NCBI RefSeq assembly: GCF_018977255.1
Contig: NW_024704742.1
Coordinates: forward strand, 114,144,001-114,208,000
Direction: 5' to 3'
Length of the DNA stretch: 64,000 nt
Source: Callorhinchus milii
Taxonomy: Eukaryota
Shown here: piece after piece, positions 27,045 to 38,800 of the stretch
How positions within the stretch are numbered: the first letter of the stretch is position 1
Layout: each line of letters starts with the position of its first letter
Translations under genes and position numbers: made by a program
The notes under the pieces: model-generated
The model's database searches: none
The model's input: only the letters and a program-made list of their open reading frames with translations
What the model was told of the DNA's origin: nothing

Positions 27045-27206
27045 AAACCCGCCCAATTGGGCGTGAAGCCGCCCAACCCGGTCAGACTGTGCTGCTGCCT
27101 CTGTCTCCTCCTGTGGGGGGAGGGCAGTGCGGGGTAGGAACCAATATCCCGGTGCAGGAGCGGACGGAGCCTTTACACTGGGACTCCGGAAGCGGGTTCT
27201 TCTCTG
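27045..27206 (+). promoter_or_regulatory. ZCCHC9: Putative ZCCHC9 promoter / non-coding exon 1
   Basis: CpG-enriched non-repeat patch upstream of the ATG exon. GC box CCCGCCC 27048-27054, CCAAT at 27053 and 27141, ETS-type CCGGAAG 27186-27192, candidate donor CTG|GTAAAA at 27207. The ATG exon starts at an acceptor, so an upstream exon is required. Confidence 0.6.
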
Positions 27207-27374
27207 GTAAAAAAAAAGGGGCACGAGGCTGAGCCTCAGCCGATATGACAGTTTATATTAATGTATCATTGTCGGTAGTTTATAGTAATGTATCATTGTC
27301 TGATGTATTTAATTGTCTTGTGGTTTTATTGATTTATCTCTCATCCTGTTGTAGTGTTAACGATGAATATTGAA

Positions 27375-28088
27375 GTGTGTGTGTGTGTGTTTGGTGGGGT
27401 ATGTGGGGGGGGGATGTGTGTGTGGGGGGTGTGTGTGGGGGGGGGGTGTGTGTGGGAGTAGTTGTGTATGTGGGGGGGATGTGGGGGTGGTTGTGTGTGT
27501 GTAGGGGGGGAGTGTGTGTGGGGGAGTTGTGTGTGTGGGGGGGGTGTGGGTGTGGGGGGAGTGTGGGGGGGAGTTGTGTGTGTGGGGTGGGTGTGGGGGG
27601 TGTGTGGGGGGGTGTGTGTGTGTGGGGGGTGTGTGTGTGGGGGGTGGGAGTAGTTGTGGATGTGAGGGTAGTTGTGTGTGGGGTGGGTGTGGGGGGAGTG
27701 TGGGGGGGAGTTGTGTGTGTGGGGGGTGTGTGTGTGGGGGGGGGTGGGAGTAGTTGTGTATGTGGGGGTGGTTGTGTGTGTGTGTGTGTGTGTAGGGGGG
27801 GAGTGTGAGTGTGGGGGGGGGTGGGAGTAGTTGTGGATGTGGGGGTAGTTGTGTGTGGGGTGGGTGTGTGTGGGGTGGGAGTAGTTGTGTATGTGGGGTG
27901 GTTGTGTGTGTGTGTGTGTGTAGGGGGGAGTGTGAGTGTGGGGGGGGTGGGTGTGTGTGGGGGAGTTGTGTGTGTGTGGGGTGTGTGTGGGGGGGGGGTG
28001 GGAGTAGTTGTGGATGTGGGGGTAGTTGTGTGTGTGGGGGAGTTATGTGTGTGTGGGGTGTGTGTGTGTGTGGGGTGGGGGGGGGGGG
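27375..28088 (+). repeat. G/T-rich low-complexity minisatellite-like tract
   Basis: About 715 bp of (GT)n and G-runs with recurring gggagtagttgtg / ggtggttgtg units; no C seen on the + strand. Confidence 0.95.
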
Positions 28089-28616
28089 AGACAATTGCAA
28101 ACATTTCAAGAAAGTTTTGCTGTGACTGAAATTCAATCAAAACCACAGAGAAGATTTTCTGTGAATTTACAATTCATTTGTAATTAATTCATCCTCTTGT
28201 TTGATCAGTTTTGTGTGATTTCGGCCCTGGCTTTCTCTCTGAGTCACTCACTGCAAGTTTATAACAAATGGGTGACACATTTACATTGAAACCCGTCTCC
28301 AAACTTAGCGGCTCAGGTGGATCTTAAACATTTCCCAGCTCATAAAATACATTCAAAACGATTATCTTCAATCCAGTGCAATGAACCTGGGAATGTTTTG
28401 GATGTTAGAGGGAGCTGTCGTCATGATAGGAGCAGATAGACTGTGATAATGTGGCGGTTGGGGATCATGAAGCAGGCCAGTGCCCGATGAGCGGGCGGGT
28501 CGGTAAGGTTTTAGAAGTTTGCAGAGATAGGACACGGAAAGACTGGAGGGATTTGAAGCTGAGGGCAGGGACCTTCAACACAATTCTTTGAGGGATGGGG
28601 AGCCAGTGGTGTCGAG

Positions 28617-28927
28617 TTGTGGATTCCTGCAGCTCAGTGGTGTATCCGAGCACTCTCCTCGGATACAAGAGACCTGGGTTTGATTCCTGGCAGGGTAAAA
28701 TCTTGGGCAAGTTTCCACACGCCTGATAATAATCCCTCAAGAAAAAAAACAATAATAAATTGTTCACTTCAATCAACAACTGTTTGTGGGACACTGCTGT
28801 GGGCAATTGGCTGCTGAGTTTCGCCCATAAATATAGTCAATTCACTTTGCAGTATATTCGGTGAAGTGCTTTTGAGACGTCTAGAAGACGTGAAAAGCGC
28901 TATATCAAACGCAAGGAATATTATTAT
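28617..28927 (+). mobile_element. tRNA-SINE, short variant
   Basis: Head gcagctcagtgg...gggtttgattcc, body and (TTA)n tail. Confidence 0.85.
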
Positions 28928-29739
28928 GAAGGTGATTTTTTAAAAAAAAGGTGTGATAGGCTCATGGATCCTAGTGCGGGAGAGAACACGAATTCCAGAG
29001 CTCGGGATAGTCTGCACTTATGAAGGGAGGAGGTGAGAGTATGGCAAGCAGAGAGTTGGCGTAATCTAGACTGGACGTAATGAATGCATGGATTAGAGTC
29101 TTGGTGGCCCAAGGGTAGAGGTAGTGGCGGAGGTGGGTAATGTTGCAGAGGTGGGAGTCAAGGCACAGATGTGGAGTTTAAAAGACAGTTGAGAGTCAAA
29201 CAAGACTCCCGAGGTTCCACACCGGCTCTGAGGTAGAGTTGCAACAACAACAAAATTTTGTTTGTATAGCGCCTTTCACATCAGGAGAATGTTCCAAGGC
29301 GCTGGACAGACAGAGCTTCGAAACCGAGCTGCGGGTCAGGATCGGGGAGGGAGGAGGGCAGGGTGGGAAGCAGGCATCCATGTAGATCGATATTTGAGGC
29401 GAGAAGGTGCTGACAGGAGCGACTCAGTCTTGTCGACGTTCAACTAAAGGAAGCTCTTATCCAGAACTGGATGTCTGACAGGCAATCAGTCAGAACAGAA
29501 TCAGTCAGAGCAGAATCAGTCAGTGGTTCTTGAATTGTGAGTGAAGGCAAATATAGAGTTTCCAGGGCACTTCTGCTGACAGCACAGCCAGCCTGTTCAT
29601 CAGCAGGATTTGGAAGGGCAGACTAGTCACTGGGGCAAGTAATCATCCCAAGCCTGTTAACCCTGCAAGCCAAAGCCCTAACAGGCATTGGGTGATCGAT
29701 TTGCCCAATACCTCCGTTCTGTCTGCAAGCACAACCCCT

Positions 29740-30275
29740 AGCTTCCGTTTTTTTGCCACCAACTCTCCCTCCCACTCGCACTCTGACCTCTCCATCCATC
29801 GTCTCCTACCCTGTTCCAATGAGCCACAGTGCAAGCTCGAGGAACAGCACTTCATTTATCTGCTAAGGACCTTACAGTCCTCTGGCCTCCATATTGATTG
29901 CAATAAATTCAGACCATAACAGCTCACCTTCCCCCTCCCCCTCTTCTGTGACCATTACCAATCATCTGGGTCCCAGACACACCTTTTCTCTCTAATCTGC
30001 CTATTTTATTGCAATTTTCTGTCTCACCCCCCCCCCCCCACCCCCTTTGATTTGCATTATTAACACCTCTTTAACCCATCATTCCCTGTCCTCTACCCCA
30101 CTTTCTTCTTTGTCTTCCTTGCCCTGCCTCCCCTCTCTCTGTTAGCTCTTAAAAGCCTCTCCCTCCCAACATGCCCCAGTTCTGACGAAGGGTCGTGGCC
30201 CGAAACATTGACTCACTTTCCTTTGTCTATAGATGCTGCCCGACCTGCTGAGTGTTCCCAGCAACTTCTGTTTTA
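29740..30275 (+). mobile_element. Penelope-like element 3' fragment (GIY-YIG endonuclease C-terminus + terminal repeat region)
   Basis: SHSHSDLSI...KLEEQHFIYLLRTLQSSGLHIDCNKF* resembles the PLE endonuclease end, followed by a pyrimidine tract and ctgacgaagggtc...cgaaac...gatgctgcccgacctgctgag. Confidence 0.75.
30178..30213 (+). ncRNA. Minimal type I hammerhead ribozyme motif (probably decayed)
   Basis: AGTT-CTGACGA-A-GGGT(CGTG)GCCC-GAAA-C-ATT-GACT: conserved core boxes, stem II, stem I AGTT/GACT. Confidence 0.65.
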
Positions 30276-30805
30276 GTACCTAACGGGTAGGGTGGTCCTA
30301 ACTGAACAAGCAGCGGGAAAGCTTGCCGGACAGCGCTATCAATGGCAAGTTATGTAATTTTAGCTGTTTAGACTCCAGCAATACCCTAACGTACACTCTG
30401 GGGTTCCAAGCTGTGGCTCTTGCCAACCTGTGCCTAATACTTTCCGAAATTAGGTAAGCAGGAGGCGTCCCTCCAGGGGGAGAGGGCGCATTCCATTCCA
30501 ACAAATTATCTCTGGAATTTCCATGTGTAGGTGGGATGCATGGAATTCTCAGTTTGGTTTGAATACTCTTAAGCATGGTGATGGGTTTCTGCATGTGTTA
30601 GACACCTGGCTGACCAAAAAAATCTTTCCAGTCCCATTTCCCAGACTTTTCCAGCACTTTGGGACGTCCTTCCGACGTGAAAGGCGTTCTATCAATGCAA
30701 TCTTGTTGTTGTTTTCTTCGTATTCCTCAATTCACTATTTCTGATGTGTCTGTGAATTTGTGATTCTGATCTCCCAAACTTCTAGCAGGCAAGGTCCACA
30801 TTCAA

Positions 30806-31122
30806 GTCCTGTACAAAAAGTACAGTGGTTAGAGCACTCGCTTCGCAAGTGAGAGACCTGAGTTCAATTCCAGGCAGAGGGCGAAACCTTGGGCAAGTTT
30901 CCTTACTCCACACAGAGCCTAATAATAATCCCTCCAAAAAAACAAAACAATAATAAATTGGTCATTTTCAATCCATATGACTGTTTGTGGGACATTGCTG
31001 TGCGCAATTCGCCCACAAATATATCGTCAATTCACTTTACAGTGTGCTCTGTGAAGCGCTTTGGGACATCCTCCCGACGTGAAAAGCGCTATATCAAATG
31101 CAAGGATTATTATTATTATTAT
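30806..31122 (+). mobile_element. tRNA-SINE, short variant
   Basis: Closely similar to 61812-62137, with a small internal deletion and a disrupted head. Confidence 0.9.
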
Positions 31123-32010
31123 AAAAATAACCCCACCTCTATCACACTCTCAGCTAATTTGTCCTTTCCCAGACAATATTCGCCTTACTGTTCTCCTTAC
31201 TTTTTTTTCACTCCCCATAGCTTCTGCATAGGTCTGGATAAATAACTAATAACTTTAAACACATCAGATTGTATAAATGTAGCGCATATAATCTGGTTAG
31301 TTTGTTCAAGATAAAGTTGTTGCCAAACTACACCTTGTCTCTTAAGCTAGTTGCTTTTCACTGTAAAGTATAGGCATAAAACTTATATTTCACAGGATAT
31401 AGAGTACTGAAAACTACAACAAATGTGTGTTTTGTGGGCGAACGATGCAGCTAAATTGCGCATTGCAAGACCCATAAACAGTTTATGGAGAGCAACAATT
31501 TTTTTTAATTTGAGGGATTGTTGGCCAAGTCACTGGGAGAAACTCACATCCTTCATATAAGGAAAACTGAGACCCCACCTGCCTGTTCAGGTGGATGTTA
31601 ACTATCCATGGCACTATTCAAAAAGGGAAAGGTGTTTCTCCCAGTATCTGGCCAACAATCCCCATTGGTCATTCACTTTACATCTGTTTGTGAGACATTC
31701 CTGTTTGTAAATTAGCTGCTGCGCTTGCCCACAAAATACTCCACTTTACAATATGTCCTGTGAAGTACTATGAGATGTCCTCCCGATGTGAAAAGATGCT
31801 ATACCAAATGGAAGGATTATTATTATTAAAAACTAAAGGGGTTAAGGGATATGGAGATAGGGCAGCTAAATGGAATTAGGTTAGCAGATCAGCCATTAAC
31901 TTATTTAATGGCGGAGCAGGCTCGAGGGGCCGAAAGGCCTACACCAGCTCCTATTTCTTATGTTCTTATTATATACTATACATTTAAAAATACTATGCTC
32001 TTGAGAAGGT

Positions 32011-32300
32011 ACCTTAGGCAAGTTTCTGTACTCCACAAACTTCTGTTTACCTAGCAGTAAGTAGGAACCCAGTTGTTAGTTGATTGACGGGTCGCTTTTC
32101 TGGGGGGTAATAATCCCTTCAATAAATAAATGATAATAATAATTTGGTCACTCAATCCATGACTGTTTGTGGGACACTATTGTGTGCATGTTGTCCACAA
32201 AATATACAGTCAATTCACTTTACAGTGAATTCTGTGAAGTGCTTTAGATGTCTTAATGAAGTGATAAGGCGCTAGATCAATTGCAAGGATAAATATTATT
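32011..32300 (+). mobile_element. tRNA-SINE, long variant, headless
   Basis: ggcaagtttc...ctgtttacctagcagtaagtaggaaccc...tail. Confidence 0.8.
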
Positions 32301-32494
32301 GTAACTGCAGCTCATGTTGTGTATCATTCATTTCTAAATAGATGATTACTACAGATATTATTACCTGTCTCTCAACTAAATATCAAATGCAAGGATTATT
32401 ATTATTAAATGGTAAAGAATAACTGGGATCTGCAAAATCTGAAATAAAATACAAAATGCTGGAAATGATTAAGAGGTGGATCAGCACCTGAAAA

Positions 32495-32843
32495 ACAACA
32501 ACAACTTGCACTTATATAGTGCCCTCCTCGCAGGATAGAGTCTCAGAGCGCTTAAGAGTGGCAGAGCCTGACTCCGAGCCAGTGGGAGGTGGCCATGAAC
32601 ACGGTCGAACAGGAAAATATTCAGGCGGGACTTGAAAGAGGGGCAAGGCGGAGGGATTGAGGGAGAGTGTTCCAGAGTTTTGGGGCATAGTGGCTGAAAG
32701 CGCGACCTCTGACGATGGGGAGGTGGGTGCGAGGGACAAGCAAGAGGCCGGTGCCAGTTTAGCAGAGGCGCCGGTTGTTGGATTGGGGAGTGAGGAGGTC
32801 GGAGATGTAGGGAGGTGCCAGGGAGTGAATGGATTTGAACACG
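32495..32843 (-). mobile_element. L2 LINE 3' fragment (second tail subfamily)
   Basis: Same tail type as 8536-8840 (tatatagtgccctcc...tctcagagcgct). Confidence 0.8.
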
Positions 32844-33536
32844 ATGGATTTGCCAAACTACACCTTGGGTCTCTTTTAAGCTAGTTGCTTTTCACTGTAA
32901 AGTATAGGCATAAAGCCATTATTTCACAGGATATACAATACTGACAAGTGCAACGAATGTGTGTTTTGTGAGCCAACTCTGCAGCTAAATTGCGCATTGC
33001 AAGTTCCATAAACAGTGATGGAGTGCAACGTTTTTTTAAGAACAAGCAAGAGGATACTTTAGGCTCAAAGTTTAGATGTGACACTTCATCAAAGATGAAT
33101 CCGATTCTGGGTTGTGTGTCTTGCATGTATAGCTGTCTTAACATTTTGTCCCATTGTGTAGAGAGGCCAGTACTCTTCAAACACTGACATAACATAACCA
33201 GTCAGATGCTTGATTCTGTTTGATAGGATCGTTCGATTGCAATACTTAACATTTAATCAGCTGTCTCGATTTTCACAAGCCACTGCCAAGTTGTATCTCT
33301 TTTCTCAGTACAGCATTTGGCTGCAAAGCTAGATCTACATAAATGCTGGCCCGAGGGAGACCTATAGCAGATGTGTCCTTTGGACTGGATGATCACAATA
33401 GCTGTATGATCAAAATGTAAACCTATTTCAAATTCCAGGCAATACCCTTCATTTATACAATTATTACAGTAAAATTTATACTGCTCGTGGTCAGTTAACA
33501 TTCTTTTATTTTGCAGGGTGACAGGGGAAAAAAGCA

Positions 33537-33935
33537 ATGACTCGCTGGGCTCGTGCCAATAATGTTCACAGAAAGAAGCCCCTCGAAGCTACACCATGGG
33601 CCCAGATGAAACACGGTTGTGGTAATGGTCCACATGCTGCAAAGTCAAAAAAGAGACCAGATCAAGAGTGGCCGCCAAACAAAAGAGGTGGTAACAAGGC
33701 AGAAACCTTTAAACCCAAAGAAAGTGACTGGTATCACAAGAAAGAAGAGTATCAGAGTGAGGATGTCAATGGGTTCATGGATTATCTGAAGGAGACTGGT
33801 CAGGTTCTCCACAGGGGAACAGTGATACCTGCCGTCAGTGAAACAGTAGCGATTGACCCGGCACTTGCTCTGAAAAAGGACCAGAGACGAGAGGACAGAA
33901 GGCTGAAGAGGCAGGTTCAGAAGAAAAATGCCATG
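33537..33935 (+). CDS. ZCCHC9: Zinc finger CCHC domain-containing protein 9, first coding exon (exon begins 33517)
   Basis: MTRWAR...EDVNGFMDYLK...ALKKDQRREDRRLKRQVQKKNAM; acceptor ttttgcag ends 33516; donor GTAAAT at 33936; 133 codons, phase 0. Confidence 0.96.
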
Positions 33936-34064
33936 GTAAATTTTCAATTTAAAGTAAATTCAGAGGTCACAGTAAGAAAGCTCAGCATTTATTCATTACT
34001 GTAATTACCTTAATCAGTACATCCAGTGCTCTGCAGCATGTATACTCTCCTGCACCAGACTCTT

Positions 34065-34436
34065 CGAGGCGCTGGACAGTCAGGTGTCAGGACCCGAGGA
34101 TGGGGGAGGGGTGGTGTAGGGATGAGGGAAGGCAGAGAGGTGGGAGGGTGAATAAGGGCACGATCGAAGAGAAGGGTCTTGAGACCAGCCTTGAAGGAGG
34201 CAAGGGAGGAAGCGAGGTGAAGGGGCCGTGGGAATGGAGTTCCAGAGTGTGGGGGCAGAGAGCCTGAAAGCCCGGCCACCGATGGTAGGGCAGGTCGGGT
34301 GGGAAACATGGAGCAGGCCGGAGCCCGCTGAACAGAGGGAGCGGGTAGGTTGTTAGGGAGTCAGCAAGTCAGAGAGGTATAAGGGGGCAAGGCCACAGGT
34401 GGCCTTGAAAGTGAAGATGAGGATCTTGAATTCGAT
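34065..34436 (-). mobile_element. L2 LINE 3' fragment (intronic)
   Basis: Reverse complement matches the 62300-62690 region. Confidence 0.85.
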
Positions 34437-34522
34437 TCACATTCATATCGCTCCACTATCTCACTCCCCCCAACCTCTGCAATCTTCAACCATACCAACC
34501 CAGCCACTACCTTCAATCAGCA

Positions 34523-34860
34523 AATAATAATAATCCTTGCATTTGATATAGCGCTTTTCCCGTCGGGAGGACGTCCCAAAGCGCTTCACAGAACACACTG
34601 TAAAGTGAATTGACTGTATATTTGTGGGTGGACGCGGCAGCCAATTGCGCACAGCAATGTCCCACAAACAGTGGTGGATTGAAAATGACCAATTTATTAT
34701 TGTTTTGTTTCGGAGGGATTATTATTAGGCTCTGTGTGGAGTAAGGAAACTTGCCCAAGGTTTCGCCCTGTGCCTGGAATTGAACTCAGGTCTCTCGCTT
34801 GCAAAGCGAGTGCTCTAACCACTGAGCTACAGGACTCCAAAGTGAGCTACAGGACTCCAC
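34523..34860 (-). mobile_element. tRNA-SINE, short variant, duplicated 5' end
   Basis: Full family match; tgagctacaggactcca occurs twice. Confidence 0.92.
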
Positions 34861-35204
34861 AAATGATGGCCTGATTAATGTTCCCCTCCCTATCTGCGTT
34901 ACCATTGACAAGCAGGCTTTAAGCTATTGTGTTGTCACTCTGGATCTCCCAGAGTTGCTCTGACTCACTTGCTCCCTCCGACTTGCTCCCTCCGACTTGT
35001 TCCCTACCCTTTTTCGTGGCCCAGCTCAGAACTTACGTTTTTGACTGAGCTTTTGGTCATCGTTCGCCTCCCCACCCCTTGCCACCCACCTCCAGCTCAT
35101 TTGTCCAGGTAGCAATTAAGTTCTCCATCCGGTGAAGGGAGGTATATAAATGCAAGTTCTTGATGTTGACAAGTGCTTTGAGACATGCTCCCCACATGAA
35201 AGGC

Positions 35205-35801
35205 ATTATCCCTCCAAATAATAATCCATCCAAAAAACCAAAAACAATAATAAAATTGGTCATTTTCAATCTACGACTGCTTGTGGGACACTGCTGTGCG
35301 CAATTGGCTGCCCCGTTCGCCCACAAATATACAGTCAATTCACTTTACAGTATATTCTGTGAAGCGCTTTGGGACATCTAGAAGATGTGAAAAGCGCTAT
35401 ATCAAATGCAAGGATTAATTATAACAACAAGATTTCATTTATAGAGCGCCTTTCACGTCGGGAGGACGTCCCAAGGCGCTGGACAGTTGGGTCGGGCCCC
35501 GAGCAAGGGGGAAATGGTCAGGGTGAGGGGAGGGAAGGGAGGGAGCGAGTAGGAGGTAGAGAGTCGAGAGGGGAGCTGAAGGCACGGTTGAAGAGAAAGG
35601 TCTTGAGACCGGCCTTGAAGGAGGAAAGGGAGGAAGCAGGCGAAGGCACGGGGGGATGGAGTTCCAGAGCCTCGGGGCTGAGAGGCTGAAGGCCCGACCA
35701 CCGATGGTAGGGCAGTTGGGGTGGGGGATGTGGAGCAGACCAGAGCCAGAGGAACGGAGGGTACGGGCAGGTAAGTAGGGGGATAATAGGTCGGAGAGGT
35801 A
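35205..35801. mobile_element. SINE 3' half (+, 35205-35422) tail-to-tail with a young L2 3' fragment (-, 35423-35801)
   Basis: The (TTA) tail abuts the (CAA) tail; the L2 part is closely similar to 62350-62750. Confidence 0.85.
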
Positions 35802-38800
35802 AATAATAATAATAATTATTATTATATAAATGTAAATTGTAAAATGTAATAGAGTAGTTGTCTTATTCTTAGCAAGGCTGCAGTGAAATGGAGATGAAGA
35901 ATGAGAAACCAGAGGACCTTGTATATAGCCTTAAAGTGAAATTGAGACAGTTAAAAAAAAAAGCAGGTGTACTGTTTCTCAGCCTTTATCCAATTAACAT
36001 TGTCCCTATTCAGAAATCCAGTTGAAGTGCTACTTGACCTTTTAGACTGAGCTTTGTCCCAGAGAGAATTTCATACAAAAATGTGTAAGGCACCAATTTA
36101 ATCTTGTGAGAATAGTATAATTCAGGGTCTGATAAGTAATTAAATCATCCCCATATATGAGATGATTAAGTGTTGTAACTCTATATCTGCTATGGATTTC
36201 TGTTGGACAATGAGTTACGTTTTTTAATTAAAATTCTTGTTGTTTATGTGTCGTAAATCATATAAATAATGCCTTAAAAGAAATAATAATAATAAATTGG
36301 TCACTCAATCCACGACTGTTTGTGGGACACCCCTGTGCATTTTGCCCAAAACATATACAGTCAATTGACAGTATATTCTGTGAAGCGCTTTGAGACAGCT
36401 CAATGACGTGATAAGACACTATATCAAATACAAGGATTATTATTATTAAATGAGATTACTGAGAATGCTTCACTGAAAAATATCACTAACACCAGCTATT
36501 CTAATGGGGTGGGAGGGGGAAACAAACTGAATAATCACAGAGAATAATGCTGTCATAAGTGTACTACAGTGTTGGCTTCATTTAATAACTCCCTAGAGAA
36601 ACAAGATGAGATCAGGAGCTTAGCGAATTACAAGCAAGACCTACATTTTACTCCTCCAGGGTGCAGAAGAATATTAAGCAAACATAAAGAAAATCCCATC
36701 TTTTCATCTGACACTTTAACTTGATGAAAACTGACAAATCACAGCCAGGATATTATGTAGAGTCAGAAAATAGCTCTCAAATACTGAATATACTTATCCT
36801 CATTATGTGGCATTTTAAAAATGTTTGATTGCTTGTGACTTTATACATCAATAATTTAGTTAATATTGCCTCTTATTAATGTCAGTAGAGTTTGGAACCA
36901 TCTGATTGTCTGTAATAACATCCTGATTAGTGATGTTAAGGCATAAGTAATAATTCAATCTTTCAAATTACATTGTCCAAACAATCCTGACATTCTTCAG
37001 ACAAACCCACACATGAATCATCAAGTAACAGTGATCGAAAGCGGCTCCCAAGCTGAATGTATAAGTGCAGCACTGTTTAAAAAGAGTCATTCAGGTAGTG
37101 AGGAAAATGGGTAAAGTTGGCTGAAAAGCATGCGTGGAAAATCATCATACTTAGGAGGGCAATCTAGAAGGCTCACAGTTATGAGATTCTGATCATACAC
37201 TGCTGCTTGTTATAATAATCCTTGGATTTTAATAATGATCCTTGTATTTGATATAGCGCCTTATCGCATCATCACTGTCTCAAAGCACTTTATAGGATTT
37301 ACTGTAGAGAAGTTAACTGAGTATTTTTATATGTTAAGCATACAGGAACATATTCATTATCTGATGGTTCACAAACCAGTGGGCATTATAGTAGATGAAC
37401 ATCATTAGCAGGTTTCATAACCTGCAGGCTGCTAAGTGGTGGCTGGTCAGCAACAAATAAACTATAGCTGTTTGTAGATGCTTCTCGTAGGTTTATTAAC
37501 ATAAACTAAATGCTCCACAATCACTTTTTGCCTCTGGTTTACCCCTCTCGCACCCCCACCCCCCCACGCTCAATTCCCACTGAATTCCCATTGAAAACAT
37601 AGGAGTATCTGAGCAATTGAGAAATAGTCAGAGAAATGCAGGTTGTATTCCACTTCTTATACACTTAAAAAACTGTCAAAGTGGACTTTTGATTCCAGTA
37701 TATCTGCATGCTGTGTTCGATCACCTTTTAACCAATAGGGCATGGAGTGTGGAATTATTGCGAGTTACCTTAGGAATTAGACAAGTTCAAGTTGTACTAC
37801 ACTAAGCAACTTACAATGACAGAGGTGCACCATTGAGCTCAGTGAAGAGCACTGAAGCTAGGCATCGTGAAATGTGTCTCAGCAACCATATTTTGATTAG
37901 GATAAGTATTTCATTAATGGGGGATGGAAGGGAGAGACACATATTGCATTATTATTCATAAAAAGTTTATCAAATGTTCCAAAAAATAAGAATATGAATT
38001 TATGAACATGTTATAGATGAGACCACTGAATGGCCAGTCTTGGGCATATTCTTTTAAATATGTGCTTACTAGTTATGGAACTAACTTTTCAACAGTTGAA
38101 TAATGATTGGGCGGAGCTGTCAATTTTGGCTTACTTTTACTTCCTTGGATCAGACTCAAATTCAGATTGAACACCAGAAAGCTTACAGAATATCTTGCTG
38201 TCTATCGGTCTCTCTCTCTATATATATATGTATATATATCTATATGATAACATCATTAAAGAACTATTATTCATGACAAATTCTTCCACTTAATTTAGGT
38301 TTTTTGCAGAAATCAGCAACATTCAAAAAAAGCTTGTCCCATTGAACTGACTTTGCTTCCATTGCACCATTCACTTAAAGACACACATTGCTGGAAATTA
38401 TAAAACACAGTTCCTATAGTGTAGATGTAATGTAATACAGTTCAGTACAATTGGGTAACCAATCTTGTGGAATCCTGTGCTGACTTAAAGTCATAAATCA
38501 CCATATTCGCCAACAAAAAAAAATGTCACTACCCATGACAATAATTGCGTGAAGCACACTGGAGCATATTGAAGTTAAAGGTGCTAAAATGTTCAAGTTT
38601 GTTCCTTCCCAGAGTGTTTTTTCTTTTTTATCATTTTAACATTCTGGCAGCTCGTAGCTGGAATAGCTTGCCATAATACAATACAAAATTACCTTTCATG
38701 ACGGGAGGACATCCCAAGTCGCTCGAAAGTCAGGGATTTGGACCTGAGCAGCAGGGTTGATATCAGGGAGGGTGGAGGATAAGAGGGTGGCCAAAGGCAT

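Noticed and set aside
27334..28146. Long Pro/Thr/His-rich and Gly/Val/Cys-rich ORFs on both strands
   Set aside because: Artefact of the stop-poor G/T low-complexity tract; open in several frames, with no splice context
33936..34004. ORF extension beyond ZCCHC9 codon 133
   Set aside because: Intron read-through past the GT donor; homology continues at 41207
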